Positions 36,715-46,058 of a stretch of 64,000 nucleotides of DNA are shown one piece after another. Under the pieces are notes generated by a model. That model searched no databases. It had not been told where the DNA came from and saw nothing but the letters and a program-made list of their open reading frames with translations. Each line of letters begins with the position of its first letter. Positions within the stretch are counted from its first letter, which is position 1. The stretch is from Candidatus Methylomirabilota bacterium (GTDB lineage: Bacteria; Methylomirabilota; Methylomirabilia; Rokubacteriales; CSP1-6): NCBI GenBank assembly GCA_035650715.1, contig DASRHC010000004.1, forward strand, positions 1,318 through 65,317. The letters run 5' to 3'. The position numbers and the translations under genes were made by a program.

Positions 36715-37652
36715 GCGGGCTGCAGGTCACGCTGATCGTCGCGCTCGTGCTGCCCGCACTGGCCATCGTGGTGTGGCCGATGGTGCGCGGCGCGCGGGCT
36801 GAGACCCCGGCGGCGCCCGGGCGCCCGCGCGACGGCCGCCGGGTCGAGCTGGAGGAGGAGAAGACCGCCCTCTATCGCGCCCTGCGCGAGCTCGAGTTCG
36901 ACCACGACGCGGGCCACCTCTCCGACGGCGACTACGAGGGCCTGCGCGCGCGCTACGAGACCCGCGCCGCCACGCTGCTCACCGAGCTGGACCGACTCGG
37001 GCCCGCCCCCGCTCCTGGTCCGGCGGCCGCCGCACCCGAGGCCGCCGCGCCGGCCGCGCTGCCGTGGACGCGGCGGCCGGCGGCGATGGCGGCGGGCGCG
37101 GTGGTGCTGGTGGCGTTCGGCATGATCATCGGCATCAACGCGAGCCGCTTCACCGAGACGGACCAGGCCATGACCCCGCCCGGCGCGCGCCTGTCCGTGC
37201 CGGGCGCCGGTGCCGGTGCCTCTCCCGTCGGTCCGCCGAACGTCCGGCTCGAGCCGGGCAAGCCCATCCCGCCCGAGATGCTGGCCGGCATGCTCCAGGC
37301 GGCCCGCCAGAGCCTGTTCGACGGCAACTACTCGCAGGCGGTCGCGGCCTACCAGGCGGTGCTCAAGCGCGATGCCCGCAACGTGGACGCGCTGACCCAC
37401 ATGGGCCTGATCGTGGCCATCGGCGGCCACGCCGACGTGGCGCTCGAGACCCTCGACAAGGCGCTCGCGATCGATCCCAAGTACCCGCCCGCCTACCTCT
37501 ACCGCGGCCAGGTGCTCTACGAGCAGAAGCAGGACTACGCGGGCGCGGTGAAGTCCTGGCAGCAGTTCCTCGCCCTGGTGCCCAAGGGCGAGGACCACGA
37601 CCGCGTCGCCCGGCTGGTGGAGACCGCGAAGAGCAGGCAGCAGGGCCGCTAG
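36711..37652 (+). CDS. ccmI: CcmI/CycH-like TPR membrane protein
   Basis: Two TM segments then C-terminal TPRs ('YSQAVAAYQAVLKRDARNVDAL'). ATGA overlap with ccmH. Confidence 0.6.
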   Translation: MSGLQVTLIVALVLPALAIVVWPMVRGARAETPAAPGRPRDGRRVELEEEKTALYRALRELEFDHDAGHLSDGDYEGLRARYETRAATLLTELDRLGPAPAPGPAAAAPEAAAPAALPWTRRPAAMAAGAVVLVAFGMIIGINASRFTETDQAMTPPGARLSVPGAGAGASPVGPPNVRLEPGKPIPPEMLAGMLQAARQSLFDGNYSQAVAAYQAVLKRDARNVDALTHMGLIVAIGGHADVALETLDKALAIDPKYPPAYLYRGQVLYEQKQDYAGAVKSWQQFLALVPKGEDHDRVARLVETAKSRQQGR

Positions 37653-37727
37653 GGTCGGGCCGCGCCGGGGCTGTATGCGCGTGGTCGCTGCCACCGCATC
37701 GCCACACTGTCGACATTTCGTGCCAAA

Positions 37728-37756
37728 TTGAACGCGCGCGGGGCGCCGACCATAAT
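37728..37756 (+). promoter_or_regulatory. Candidate promoter TTGAAC-17-CATAAT ending 8 nt before the gspE ATG (leaderless-type)
   Basis: Hexamers and spacing read directly. No Shine-Dalgarno in the 8 nt CCGCCGCC. Confidence 0.45.
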
Positions 37757-37764
37757 CCGCCGCC

Positions 37765-39459
37765 ATGGTCACCGCCTCCGCCGCGCCGCCTCGCCTGGGC
37801 ACGCTGCTCGTCCAGGCGGGCGTGGTGGCCGAGGACGCCGTCGCGGAGGCGCGCGGGCGGGCCGCGCGCGAGGGCCTGCGGCTCGGTGAGGCGCTGGTGG
37901 CGATGGGCGCGGCCTCCGCCGACGAGGTGCTGCGGGCGCTGGCGCTCCAGCAGGACCTGCCCTACCTCGAGCCCGACGCGTTGCCCTCCACCCCGCCGGT
38001 GCTCGAGGCGCTGCCGGCGCGCTACCTGCGTCACGCGATCGCCTGCCCCATCGCGGTGGACGACGCCGCGGTCACCATCGCGATCGCCGACCCGACCGAT
38101 CCCCGGCTGCCGGACGAGCTCCGGCAGACCGTGCCGCTCGCGGTGCGTCTCTGCGTGGCGCCCGCCCCCGCGATCCTGGCGGCGCTCGAGCGCGCCCACG
38201 GGGCGGGCACCGCGCTGCAGAAGATCGTCGATGGCATGGGCGAGGACGGCGGCGGCGCCGACGAGGACGTCGAGCACCTGCGCGACCTGGCCTTCGAGGC
38301 CCCGGTGGTGCGGCTCGTCACCCTGCTGATCGACGGCGCGGTGGCCGCCGATGCCTCCGACATCCACATCGAGCCCTTCGAGGACACCCTGCGGGTGCGG
38401 TACCGCATCGACGGCCTGCTCTACGATCAGGAAGCGCCGCCGCGGCGCCTGCAGGCCGCGCTCACCTCGCGGATCAAGCTCATGGCGGAGATGAACATCG
38501 CCGAGCGTCGCCTGCCCCAGGACGGGCGCATCCGGGTGGCCGCGCACGGCCGGCGGCTCGACATCCGCGTCTCCACGGTGCCCACCATCCACGGCGAGTC
38601 GATCGTCATGCGGCTGCTCGACCGCTCGTCGGTCTTCCTGCCGTTCGATCGGCTGGGCTTCACTTCCGCGGCGGCCCAGGCGTTCGAGGCGCTGATCCGC
38701 CGGCCGCACGGCATCGTGCTGGTGACCGGGCCGACCGGCAGCGGCAAGACGACCACCCTCTACGCCGCGCTCGACAAGATCAACCGACCCGACCTGAAGA
38801 TCATCACGGTGGAAGACCCGGTCGAGTACCTGCTCCCGGGCGTGAACCAGATCCCGGTGCGCCCCCGCATCGGGCTCTCCTTCGCGGCGGGGCTGCGCCA
38901 CATCGTCCGGCAGGACCCGGACGTCATCATGGTCGGGGAGATCCGCGACCTCGAGACCGCCGAGATCGCCATCCAGGCCGCGCTCACCGGGCACCTGGTC
39001 CTCTCCACGCTCCACACCAGCGACGCGCCGGGCGCGGTCGCGCGGCTCCAGGATATGGGCTGCGAGCCCTACCTGGTCGCCTCGGTCCTGAGCGGCGTCC
39101 TCGCCCAGCGCCTGGTCCGGCGGGTCTGCGGGGCGTGCCGCGCGCCCGATCGTCCCGACCCGGCGCGGCTGCTGGCTCTGGGCGTGACCGACGCGGCCGG
39201 CGTGGATCTGTTCCACGGCACGGGCTGCGGCGAGTGCCGGGGCACCGGTTACCGCGGCCGGATCGGCATCTACGAGCTGTTCCGCGTGACCGAGGCGGCG
39301 CGCCGCCTGATCGCCCGAAAGGCGCCCGCCGACGCTCTCCGGCGCCACGCGGTGGCCCGGGGCATGACCTCGCTGCGGGAGGACGCCTGGGCCAGGGCGA
39401 GGGCCGGTCTCACCACGGTGGAGGAGATCCTCCGCGTCACGCAGGAGGCGGGAGCATGA
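37765..39459 (+). CDS. gspE: Type II secretion ATPase GspE (T2SSE_N domain plus hexameric ATPase)
   Basis: Walker A 'GPTGSGKTTT', Asp/His boxes, tetracysteine 'CGAC...CGEC'. Confidence 0.9.
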   Translation: MVTASAAPPRLGTLLVQAGVVAEDAVAEARGRAAREGLRLGEALVAMGAASADEVLRALALQQDLPYLEPDALPSTPPVLEALPARYLRHAIACPIAVDDAAVTIAIADPTDPRLPDELRQTVPLAVRLCVAPAPAILAALERAHGAGTALQKIVDGMGEDGGGADEDVEHLRDLAFEAPVVRLVTLLIDGAVAADASDIHIEPFEDTLRVRYRIDGLLYDQEAPPRRLQAALTSRIKLMAEMNIAERRLPQDGRIRVAAHGRRLDIRVSTVPTIHGESIVMRLLDRSSVFLPFDRLGFTSAAAQAFEALIRRPHGIVLVTGPTGSGKTTTLYAALDKINRPDLKIITVEDPVEYLLPGVNQIPVRPRIGLSFAAGLRHIVRQDPDVIMVGEIRDLETAEIAIQAALTGHLVLSTLHTSDAPGAVARLQDMGCEPYLVASVLSGVLAQRLVRRVCGACRAPDRPDPARLLALGVTDAAGVDLFHGTGCGECRGTGYRGRIGIYELFRVTEAARRLIARKAPADALRRHAVARGMTSLREDAWARARAGLTTVEEILRVTQEAGA

Positions 39460-39484
39460 GCGGCAGCGCGCAGCGGGACGCTCG

Positions 39485-40708
39485 ATGAGCGTCTTCGCGT
39501 ACCGCGCGGCGGATCGGCGCGGGCACACGGTCGACGGCGTCATGGAGGCGCCCGACGCGCGGGCGGTGGTGGAGCGCCTGCAGCGTGACGCGTACTTTCC
39601 CATCCGGGTCGGTCCGCCGGCCGGCCCTGTGACCTGGTCCGGCCGGCGCCGGCCCGCGGGCGGCCGCGGGCGGATCTCGAACCGCGACGTGGCCACGCTG
39701 ACCCGGCAGCTCGCGACGCTGGTCGAGGCGGGCGTGCCCCTCGACCGCGCCCTCGCCATCCAGGCGCGGCTGGTGCCCACGGCGCGGCTGCGCGGCATCG
39801 TGGCCGACGTGCTCGAGCGCGTGCAGGGCGGCGCGCCCCTGGCCGACGCCGTCGCCGCCCATCACCCGCGGCCCTTCTCGCGCCTCTACGTCAGCATGGT
39901 GCGGGCCGGCGAGACGGGAGGCGTGCTGGACGCCACGCTGCGCCGGCTCGCCGCGCTCCTCGAGGAGACGCAGGAGATCCGCGGCGCGCTCGTCTCGGCC
40001 CTGATCTATCCGCTCCTGCTGGCCGCCGTCGGCGCGGCCGCGGTGGTGTTCCTGATGGGCTTCGTGATCCCGCGCTTCGCGGTGATCCTGGACGACCTCG
40101 GCGCGACGCTCCCGCTGCCCACCCTGCTGCTCCTGGAGGCGGCCGGTCTCATCCAGCGGGCCGGGTGGCCGCTCGCGCTGCTGACGGCCGGCCTCGCGCT
40201 GGGCTCCCGCATGATCGTCGCCACACCGCGCGGCCGGCTGACCGCCGATCGGCTCCTGCTCCGGCTGCCCCTGATCGGACCGGTGATCGTCCAGTCCGAG
40301 ACCGCGCGCCTGGCCCGCATCCTCGGCACGCTGCTGCAGAGCGGCGTGGCCGTGCTCCCGGCCCTCATCGCGGTGAGGGACATGCTCGGCAACCGGGTCC
40401 TCGTGCGGGCGGTGGAGGCGCTCGTGGACGGCGTCCGTCGCGGCGCGGGCCTGGCGCAACCCATCGCGCGGAGCGGCGCGTTCCCGCCCCTGGTCGCGCA
40501 CCTGGTCCGGGTCGGCGAGGAGACGGGCCGGCTCGAGGAGACGCTGCTGCGGGCGGCGGCCTCGCTCGAAGCCGACACCCGCACGCGGCTCCAGCGCCTG
40601 GTCGCCCTCGCCGAGCCCTGCATCATCCTGGTGATGGGCCTGGCGGTGGGCTTCATCGTGGTCGCCATCCTGATGGCGATCCTCACCATCACCGATCTCC
40701 CGCTGTGA
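39485..40708 (+). CDS. gspF: Type II secretion inner-membrane platform protein GspF
   Basis: 407 aa with two repeated GspF/PilC domains. Confidence 0.9.
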   Translation: MSVFAYRAADRRGHTVDGVMEAPDARAVVERLQRDAYFPIRVGPPAGPVTWSGRRRPAGGRGRISNRDVATLTRQLATLVEAGVPLDRALAIQARLVPTARLRGIVADVLERVQGGAPLADAVAAHHPRPFSRLYVSMVRAGETGGVLDATLRRLAALLEETQEIRGALVSALIYPLLLAAVGAAAVVFLMGFVIPRFAVILDDLGATLPLPTLLLLEAAGLIQRAGWPLALLTAGLALGSRMIVATPRGRLTADRLLLRLPLIGPVIVQSETARLARILGTLLQSGVAVLPALIAVRDMLGNRVLVRAVEALVDGVRRGAGLAQPIARSGAFPPLVAHLVRVGEETGRLEETLLRAAASLEADTRTRLQRLVALAEPCIILVMGLAVGFIVVAILMAILTITDLPL

Positions 40709-40710
40709 GC

Positions 40711-41154
40711 GTGGCCCGGTCGCCGCATCGGAGGCTCCGCGACCAGCGCGGCTTCTCACTCATCGAGCTGCTGGTGGTGATCATCATCCTCGGCCTGATC
40801 GCGGGCCTCGTCGGGCCCCGGCTCTTCGGCCGCGTGGGCCAGGGCAAGCAGGCCGCGGCGCGGGCGCAGATCGAGCTGCTGGGCGCGGCGCTCGATCAGT
40901 ACCGCCTCGACGTCGGCGCCTACCCGCCGAACGCAGTCGGCCTGCAGGCCCTGGTGCAGAACCCGAACGTCGCGGCCTGGAGCGGCCCGTATCTCCGGAA
41001 GCCGGCCGTGCCGGCCGATCCGTGGGGGCGCCCCTACCAGTACAAGTGCTGCCCGGGCGATCACGGCGACTACGACCTCTGGACCTTCGGGGCCGACGGC
41101 GCGCCGGGCGGCGACGGCGAGAACGCGGACGCCGCGTCCTGGGACGTGAAGTGA
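40711..41154 (+). CDS. gspG: Major pseudopilin GspG
   Basis: Prepilin site 'RG/FSLIELLVV'. 'DPWGRPYQYK...YDLWTFGADGAPGGDGENAD' typical of GspG. Confidence 0.9.
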   Translation: MARSPHRRLRDQRGFSLIELLVVIIILGLIAGLVGPRLFGRVGQGKQAAARAQIELLGAALDQYRLDVGAYPPNAVGLQALVQNPNVAAWSGPYLRKPAVPADPWGRPYQYKCCPGDHGDYDLWTFGADGAPGGDGENADAASWDVK

Positions 41155-41588
41155 CGACGCGCCCGGACGGCTTCTCGCTGATGGAGCTGGCGCTCGTGCT
41201 CGCGATCCTGGCCGCCGCGGCCGCGGTGGCGGCCCCCGGGATCGCCCGCACCGCGGACGGCATCCGTGCGCGGACCGAGCGCGGGGCGGTGGCCGGTGTC
41301 CTGCGCGCGGCCCGCGCGCTGGCGGTGAGCCGCCAGGAGCCGGTCGACGTGCGGCTCGACGGCGACGGCTCCGCGCTGATCGTCTCCGTCGCGGGCGGCG
41401 ATCCCGCGCTGCTCGCCACGCGCGCGTTGACCCGGATCTCCGTATCGGGCACGCCGCGCGTGACGTTCTACCCGCACGGCACCTCCAGCGGCGCCCGATG
41501 GGCGGTCGCGGCACCCGGCGCCGGCGGCTCCCTGATCGTGGTCGACGCGCTGACCGGCCGCGTGGCCGTGTCGAGATCCGGCCCGTGA
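41151..41588 (+). CDS. gspH: Minor pseudopilin, GspH-like
   Basis: 'DG/FSLMELALVLAIL' prepilin N-terminus. GTGA overlap. Assignment is by position. Confidence 0.65.
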   Translation: MTTRPDGFSLMELALVLAILAAAAAVAAPGIARTADGIRARTERGAVAGVLRAARALAVSRQEPVDVRLDGDGSALIVSVAGGDPALLATRALTRISVSGTPRVTFYPHGTSSGARWAVAAPGAGGSLIVVDALTGRVAVSRSGP

Positions 41589-41956
41589 CCCGCGCCTTCA
41601 CCCTGCTGGAGGTCCTGGTCGCGATGACGATCCTGGCCCTCGCCGTCGTGGCCCTGATGCAGGCCGCCTCGCAGGCGATGCGACTGCTCCAGCAGGCCGA
41701 CGACTACCAGCAGGCAACGATGCTGGCCGATCGCGTCGCCCGGGACGGCGCCCTCGGCGCGGAGAACACGCAGACCAAACAGGAGGGCCGCTTCCGCTGG
41801 GAGCGACGCGTCCGGCCGGTGCCCCTGCCCGAGGCTCTGGCCCCGAGCACCCTGCCCGCGCCACGTCTCCACGCCGTGTCGGTAGCGGTGCGCTGGGGGC
41901 GTGATCGCGCGGTCGAGATCGCGAGCCTGCACATGCTGGGAGAGCCCGCCGAATGA
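41585..41956 (+). CDS. gspI: Minor pseudopilin, GspI-like
   Basis: 'RA/FTLLEVLVAMTIL'. GTGA overlap. 123 aa. Confidence 0.65.
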   Translation: MTRAFTLLEVLVAMTILALAVVALMQAASQAMRLLQQADDYQQATMLADRVARDGALGAENTQTKQEGRFRWERRVRPVPLPEALAPSTLPAPRLHAVSVAVRWGRDRAVEIASLHMLGEPAE

Positions 41957-42543
41957 GGCTCCGCGGCTTCACGCTGGTCGAGATCGTCGTGGCGCTCGCC
42001 ATCGGCGCCGCGGGCCTCGTGGTCACGTTCGGCGCCGTGCGCCTCGGCCTGACCGCCTGGGGGCGGACCGAGGCGCGCGCCGCCGCGATGGACCACGCGC
42101 GCGGGATCCGCCTCGTGATCGAGCGCGCGCTCGACGGGACCTTCCCCTACCGCCACGTCCCGCCCGAGCGCGGCGCGGCCCGTGTGCTGTTCGAGGGCCG
42201 GCCGGACCGCGTCACGTTCGCCACCGTCACCCCACCCTTCCCCGACGCGGCGCCGGTGGCCTTCACCGCGGTCATGGTGTCGAGCGAGCCGGCGGGTCTG
42301 GCCCTGCGCCAGCACGCGCTGCCCAGCGCGCTCGCCCTCGATCGCGTCCCGCCCGCGCTCGTGGACGCGGACATCGTCGGGGCGCGGTTTCGATACCGGG
42401 ACCAGCAGGGCGCCTGGCAGGACGAATGGGACATGACGCGCGAGGACACCCTGCCCCGCGCGGTCGAGGCGACGCTCCTGGGCCGCGGCGGCGGGCCCGC
42501 GGAGCCCATCCTGACCGTCGACCTCCGCGCGGGCCGGCCATGA
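41953..42543 (+). CDS. gspJ: Minor pseudopilin, GspJ-like
   Basis: 'RG/FTLVEIVVALAI'. ATGA overlaps on both sides. Confidence 0.6.
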   Translation: MRLRGFTLVEIVVALAIGAAGLVVTFGAVRLGLTAWGRTEARAAAMDHARGIRLVIERALDGTFPYRHVPPERGAARVLFEGRPDRVTFATVTPPFPDAAPVAFTAVMVSSEPAGLALRQHALPSALALDRVPPALVDADIVGARFRYRDQQGAWQDEWDMTREDTLPRAVEATLLGRGGGPAEPILTVDLRAGRP

Positions 42544-43556
42544 CGGAAGCACGGCTCCGCTCCGGCCCCGCCATGACGGGAGCACACCTTCGTTCCCCTG
42601 CCACGAGGACCGGCGCCCGCGGGTTCGTGCTGCTCGCCGTGCTGCTCGCCGTGCTGCTCGCGCTGACCCTGCTCGCGGTCGTGGTGTCCGAGATGGCCCG
42701 GTCCGCGCGGCTGGCCGCCTCCATGGCGCGAACCTACCGCGACGGGGTGCTGGCGCGACATCTGGCGGAGGCGGCGGTCCAGCAGGCCCTGCGCGAGATC
42801 GCGACTCCGGCGCAGATCACGGCGCTGGACGAGAGCGGCCAGGTGGCCTTTCATCGTCTGCTGCCCGGTCAGACCCTCCCGACGCCGGTGCCGATGCTTC
42901 CCCGCACTCGTGTCCCGCTGGGCTCGGGCCACTTCTCCTATCGTCTCGACGACGAGAGCGCCCGGCTGGGCCTCAACACGGTGAATGCCCGGCGTCTGGC
43001 CCGGCTGCTCGAGGGCCTCGGGGTCGAGCCGGGCGAGCGGGACGTCATCGTCGACTCGGTGCAGGACTGGCGTGACGCCGACGAGCTGCACCGGCTGCAC
43101 GGCGCGGAGAGCGACTTCTACCTGGCCCGGCCGGTGGCGCACCGGTCGCGCAACGCGCCCTTCCAGGACCCGGCCGAGCTGCTCCAGGTGCGCGGGGTGA
43201 CGCCCGGCCTCTATCGCGCCACCGCCGAGCGACCCGGGCTCGGCGATCTGGTCACCGCGGCGCCCGTGAGCGCGACCAACCTCAACACCGCGCCGCGGCT
43301 CGTGCTCCACGCGCTCGGGCTGTCGGACGCCGAGATCGCGGACGTGGTGCAGACCCGCGTGCGCGCGCCCTATGGTCACGTGCCGGGCCGCTTCGCGGGC
43401 CGCGGCCTCGCGGTGGGCAGCGCGGTCTTCCGCGTGGAGGCCGAGGGGCGCGCCGCGGGCGTGCGGAGCCGCGTGGTGGCGGTGGTCCGGCGCGGCCGCC
43501 CCGGCGCCCCGCTCGAGCCCACCATCGTGGCCTGGCATCCGGAGCCCGCGCCGTGA
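42540..43556 (+). CDS. gspK: GspK-like minor pseudopilin
   Basis: TM 'FVLLAVLLAVLLALTLL' and HhH-like 'FQDPAELLQVRGVTPGLY'. Alternative ATG at 42573. Confidence 0.7.
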   Translation: MTEARLRSGPAMTGAHLRSPATRTGARGFVLLAVLLAVLLALTLLAVVVSEMARSARLAASMARTYRDGVLARHLAEAAVQQALREIATPAQITALDESGQVAFHRLLPGQTLPTPVPMLPRTRVPLGSGHFSYRLDDESARLGLNTVNARRLARLLEGLGVEPGERDVIVDSVQDWRDADELHRLHGAESDFYLARPVAHRSRNAPFQDPAELLQVRGVTPGLYRATAERPGLGDLVTAAPVSATNLNTAPRLVLHALGLSDAEIADVVQTRVRAPYGHVPGRFAGRGLAVGSAVFRVEAEGRAAGVRSRVVAVVRRGRPGAPLEPTIVAWHPEPAP

Positions 43557-44878
43557 GACCCCGGATCGCGGCCTATCTGGAAGGGAGCCGCATCACCGCG
43601 GTGGCGGTCACCGCCCGCGGGCCCGCGAGCCGGGTGACCATCGAGGCGGCTCCGGATCCCGCCGCCGCGCTCGCCGCGGCATTCTCGTCCCGTGGGCTCT
43701 CCGGCGTTCGGCTGCGCCTCGGGCTGGATCGCCGCCTCGCGATCGTGAAGCCGCTCGAGCTGCCCCGCGCCGAGCGCGGCGACCTGGCGCGCATGATCGC
43801 GTTCGACCTCGGGCGGCACGTTCCATTCCCGCCCGAGGCGACTCGCTTCGCGTGGGCCGCGCTGCCCGGCGCGCCCGGCGGCTCGCGCCGCGTCCTGATC
43901 GTCGCGACCGAGGCGGAAACGGTGGAGCGGGCGCTCGGCCTGGCCCGCGCGGCCGGGCGGCGGCCCGCCGCGCTCACCGTCGCGTGTCACGCGCTGCCCG
44001 CGCTGCTGCCGCGCCGCATGCCCCGCCGCCGCACGGTCTGGGCCCACCGGCACGGCGGCGTCGTGGACCTGCTGTGCCTCGAGGGCCGCGCCGTGCTCAC
44101 GAGCCGCCAGATGCCGGCGGCAGGCCCCGAGGACCTGGCCCGAGAGATCCGGCGCACGCTGACCGTCGTGCGGTGGAGCGCGCCCGACGCGGTGTGGCTC
44201 TCGGACGGCGCGAGTCCGGAGTCGGCCGAATGGCGCGAGCGCCTGACCACCGCGCTCGGCGTCTCCACCGTCACCCCGCCGCTCCGCGAGTGCGTGGCGC
44301 GGCGGGCCGCGGCGCGGCCGGAGGAGGACGGGACAGGCCTCCTCGCTCTGGCCCTCGTCGCGGAGCGGCGTCGCCCGCCGCTCGACCTGCTGCCGCCCAC
44401 GGCGCGGCCGTGGGAGCCCTCGCGCGAGCAGATGGTGACGGCGGCGTTGCTGGCGCTCGTGGGAGCGGCCGGGATCGGCTGGGGCCTCGGGCGCACGGTA
44501 GCCATCGAGCGCTATCTCGCGCGCGTGAACGCGGAGGTCCGCCGCCTCGAGCCCGCCGCGAGGGAAAGCGCCGCGCTCGCCTCGCTTCTGGCCGACCGGC
44601 GGCGCCTGGCGGACGCCCTGGCCTCGATCGAGCGGACGCGGGTTCCGGTGCTGCCGGTTTTGCGCGAGCTGACCGAGACGCTCCCCGCGGACGCGTGGCT
44701 GCAGTCGCTCTCCATGGACCGCCACGGCGTGGAGCTGGCCGGCCAGGCCGCTGCCGCTGCCGGGCTGGTGCCGCTGCTCGAGGCCTCGCGCCGGCTCGAA
44801 GGCGCCGAGCTGACGTCGCCGGTCACGAAGTCCCTCGGCAAGGAGCATTTCCGTATCCGCGCCGGCTGGGAGCGGTAG
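43553..44878 (+). CDS. gspL: GspL-like assembly protein (PilM-like cytoplasmic domain fused to a PilN-like TM/periplasmic domain)
   Basis: Position and architecture. Central TM 'VTAALLALVGAAGIGWGL'. Confidence 0.6.
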   Translation: MRPRIAAYLEGSRITAVAVTARGPASRVTIEAAPDPAAALAAAFSSRGLSGVRLRLGLDRRLAIVKPLELPRAERGDLARMIAFDLGRHVPFPPEATRFAWAALPGAPGGSRRVLIVATEAETVERALGLARAAGRRPAALTVACHALPALLPRRMPRRRTVWAHRHGGVVDLLCLEGRAVLTSRQMPAAGPEDLAREIRRTLTVVRWSAPDAVWLSDGASPESAEWRERLTTALGVSTVTPPLRECVARRAAARPEEDGTGLLALALVAERRRPPLDLLPPTARPWEPSREQMVTAALLALVGAAGIGWGLGRTVAIERYLARVNAEVRRLEPAARESAALASLLADRRRLADALASIERTRVPVLPVLRELTETLPADAWLQSLSMDRHGVELAGQAAAAAGLVPLLEASRRLEGAELTSPVTKSLGKEHFRIRAGWER

Positions 44879-44879
44879 C

Positions 44880-45443
44880 GTGCCCGCGCTGTCGCCGCGC
44901 GAGCGGACGATCGTGGGGGCGGGCGCGCTGCTCGCCTGCGCGATCGGCGGCCACGTCCTGGTCGCCGAGCCCCTCCTGGCGCGCGCGCGCAACGCCGACG
45001 CGCTGGTGCCCGCGCGCGAGGCGGTGCTCGAGCGTCATCGGCTCCTGGTCGCGGAGCGGCCGCGCCTCGCCGCGGAGGCGGCCGCGCTGGGCGCACGGCT
45101 CGAGGCCGGGTCCGCCCGCCTGCTCCGGGGGCCCACGGCGCCGCTGGCCGCGGCCGAGCTGCAGAGGCTCGTCAAGGAGCGGCTGCCCGCGGGTCGCGTC
45201 GAGGTCCGGAGCGAGCGGGTGCTGCCGGCCCGGGCGCAGCACGGCCTGCAGGAGATCGGCCTCGAGCTCACGCTGGCGGGCACGCTCCGCGACACCGTGA
45301 CGGGGCTGGCCGGGCTCGAGCAGCACGACCGCCTGCTGGTCCTGCAGGCGGTGCGGATCCAGACCATCGCGGCCACGCAGCCGCGCGAGGTCTCGACCAC
45401 GGTGACGGTCGCCGGCTACCTGCTCTCCGCGACGGGTGGATAG
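44880..45443 (+). CDS. gspM: GspM/PilO-like assembly protein
   Basis: N-terminal TM, coiled region, and position after gspL. Confidence 0.55.
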   Translation: MPALSPRERTIVGAGALLACAIGGHVLVAEPLLARARNADALVPAREAVLERHRLLVAERPRLAAEAAALGARLEAGSARLLRGPTAPLAAAELQRLVKERLPAGRVEVRSERVLPARAQHGLQEIGLELTLAGTLRDTVTGLAGLEQHDRLLVLQAVRIQTIAATQPREVSTTVTVAGYLLSATGG

Positions 45444-46058
45444 ATGGCGTCACGGATCGGAGTCCTCCAGCTCCTGCTGGGCGTGGTCGGCGGCGTGCTC
45501 GCGATCGGCGCCGGCCGGGAGCTGACGGCGACGCGCCCGCTTCCGCCGCCTGCGCCGCGCTCCGCCCGGCCTCCGGCCGCCGTCGCACCGCCGGCGGAGC
45601 CGCGCGACGCCGGCGGCCACGACCTGATCGCGGAAAAGAATCTCTTCAGCCCCCATCGGACGGAGGCGCCGGCGGCGCCCGCGGTCGCCTCGGGGCCGAA
45701 GCCCACGCTCCACGGCGTGGTGATAGACGGGGCGACGCGCCGCGCATACCTCGAGGATCCGATCCAGAAGCGGGCCTTCGCCTACGCGATCGGCGATCCG
45801 GTCGGGGACGGCCGTGTGCAGTCCATCACCGACGACCGTGTGCTGATCGGCCGGGCCGGCGGGACCGTCGAGGTGTTGCTGCGCGATCCCGCGAAGCCGC
45901 GGCCACCGGCGCCGCCGGCGCCCGGGAGCGCGACCGCCCGGCCGGCGGCAGGATCCGCGGCCAGCGCTCCCGCCCAAACCGCGCCGCCGACGGCGGGAGC
46001 GCTCGCGCCAGACGCGCAGGCCGCGGCGGGAGCCGCGACCGCGCGAGCCGATCGCTGA
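45444..46058 (+). CDS. GspC/PilP-like secretin-interacting protein (HR-type beta domain, no PDZ)
   Basis: TM anchor, 'NLFSPHR', 'LHGVVIDGATRRAYLED...YAIGDPVGDGRVQSITDDRVLI'. 1-nt overlap with gspD. Confidence 0.45.
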   Translation: MASRIGVLQLLLGVVGGVLAIGAGRELTATRPLPPPAPRSARPPAAVAPPAEPRDAGGHDLIAEKNLFSPHRTEAPAAPAVASGPKPTLHGVVIDGATRRAYLEDPIQKRAFAYAIGDPVGDGRVQSITDDRVLIGRAGGTVEVLLRDPAKPRPPAPPAPGSATARPAAGSAASAPAQTAPPTAGALAPDAQAAAGAATARADR

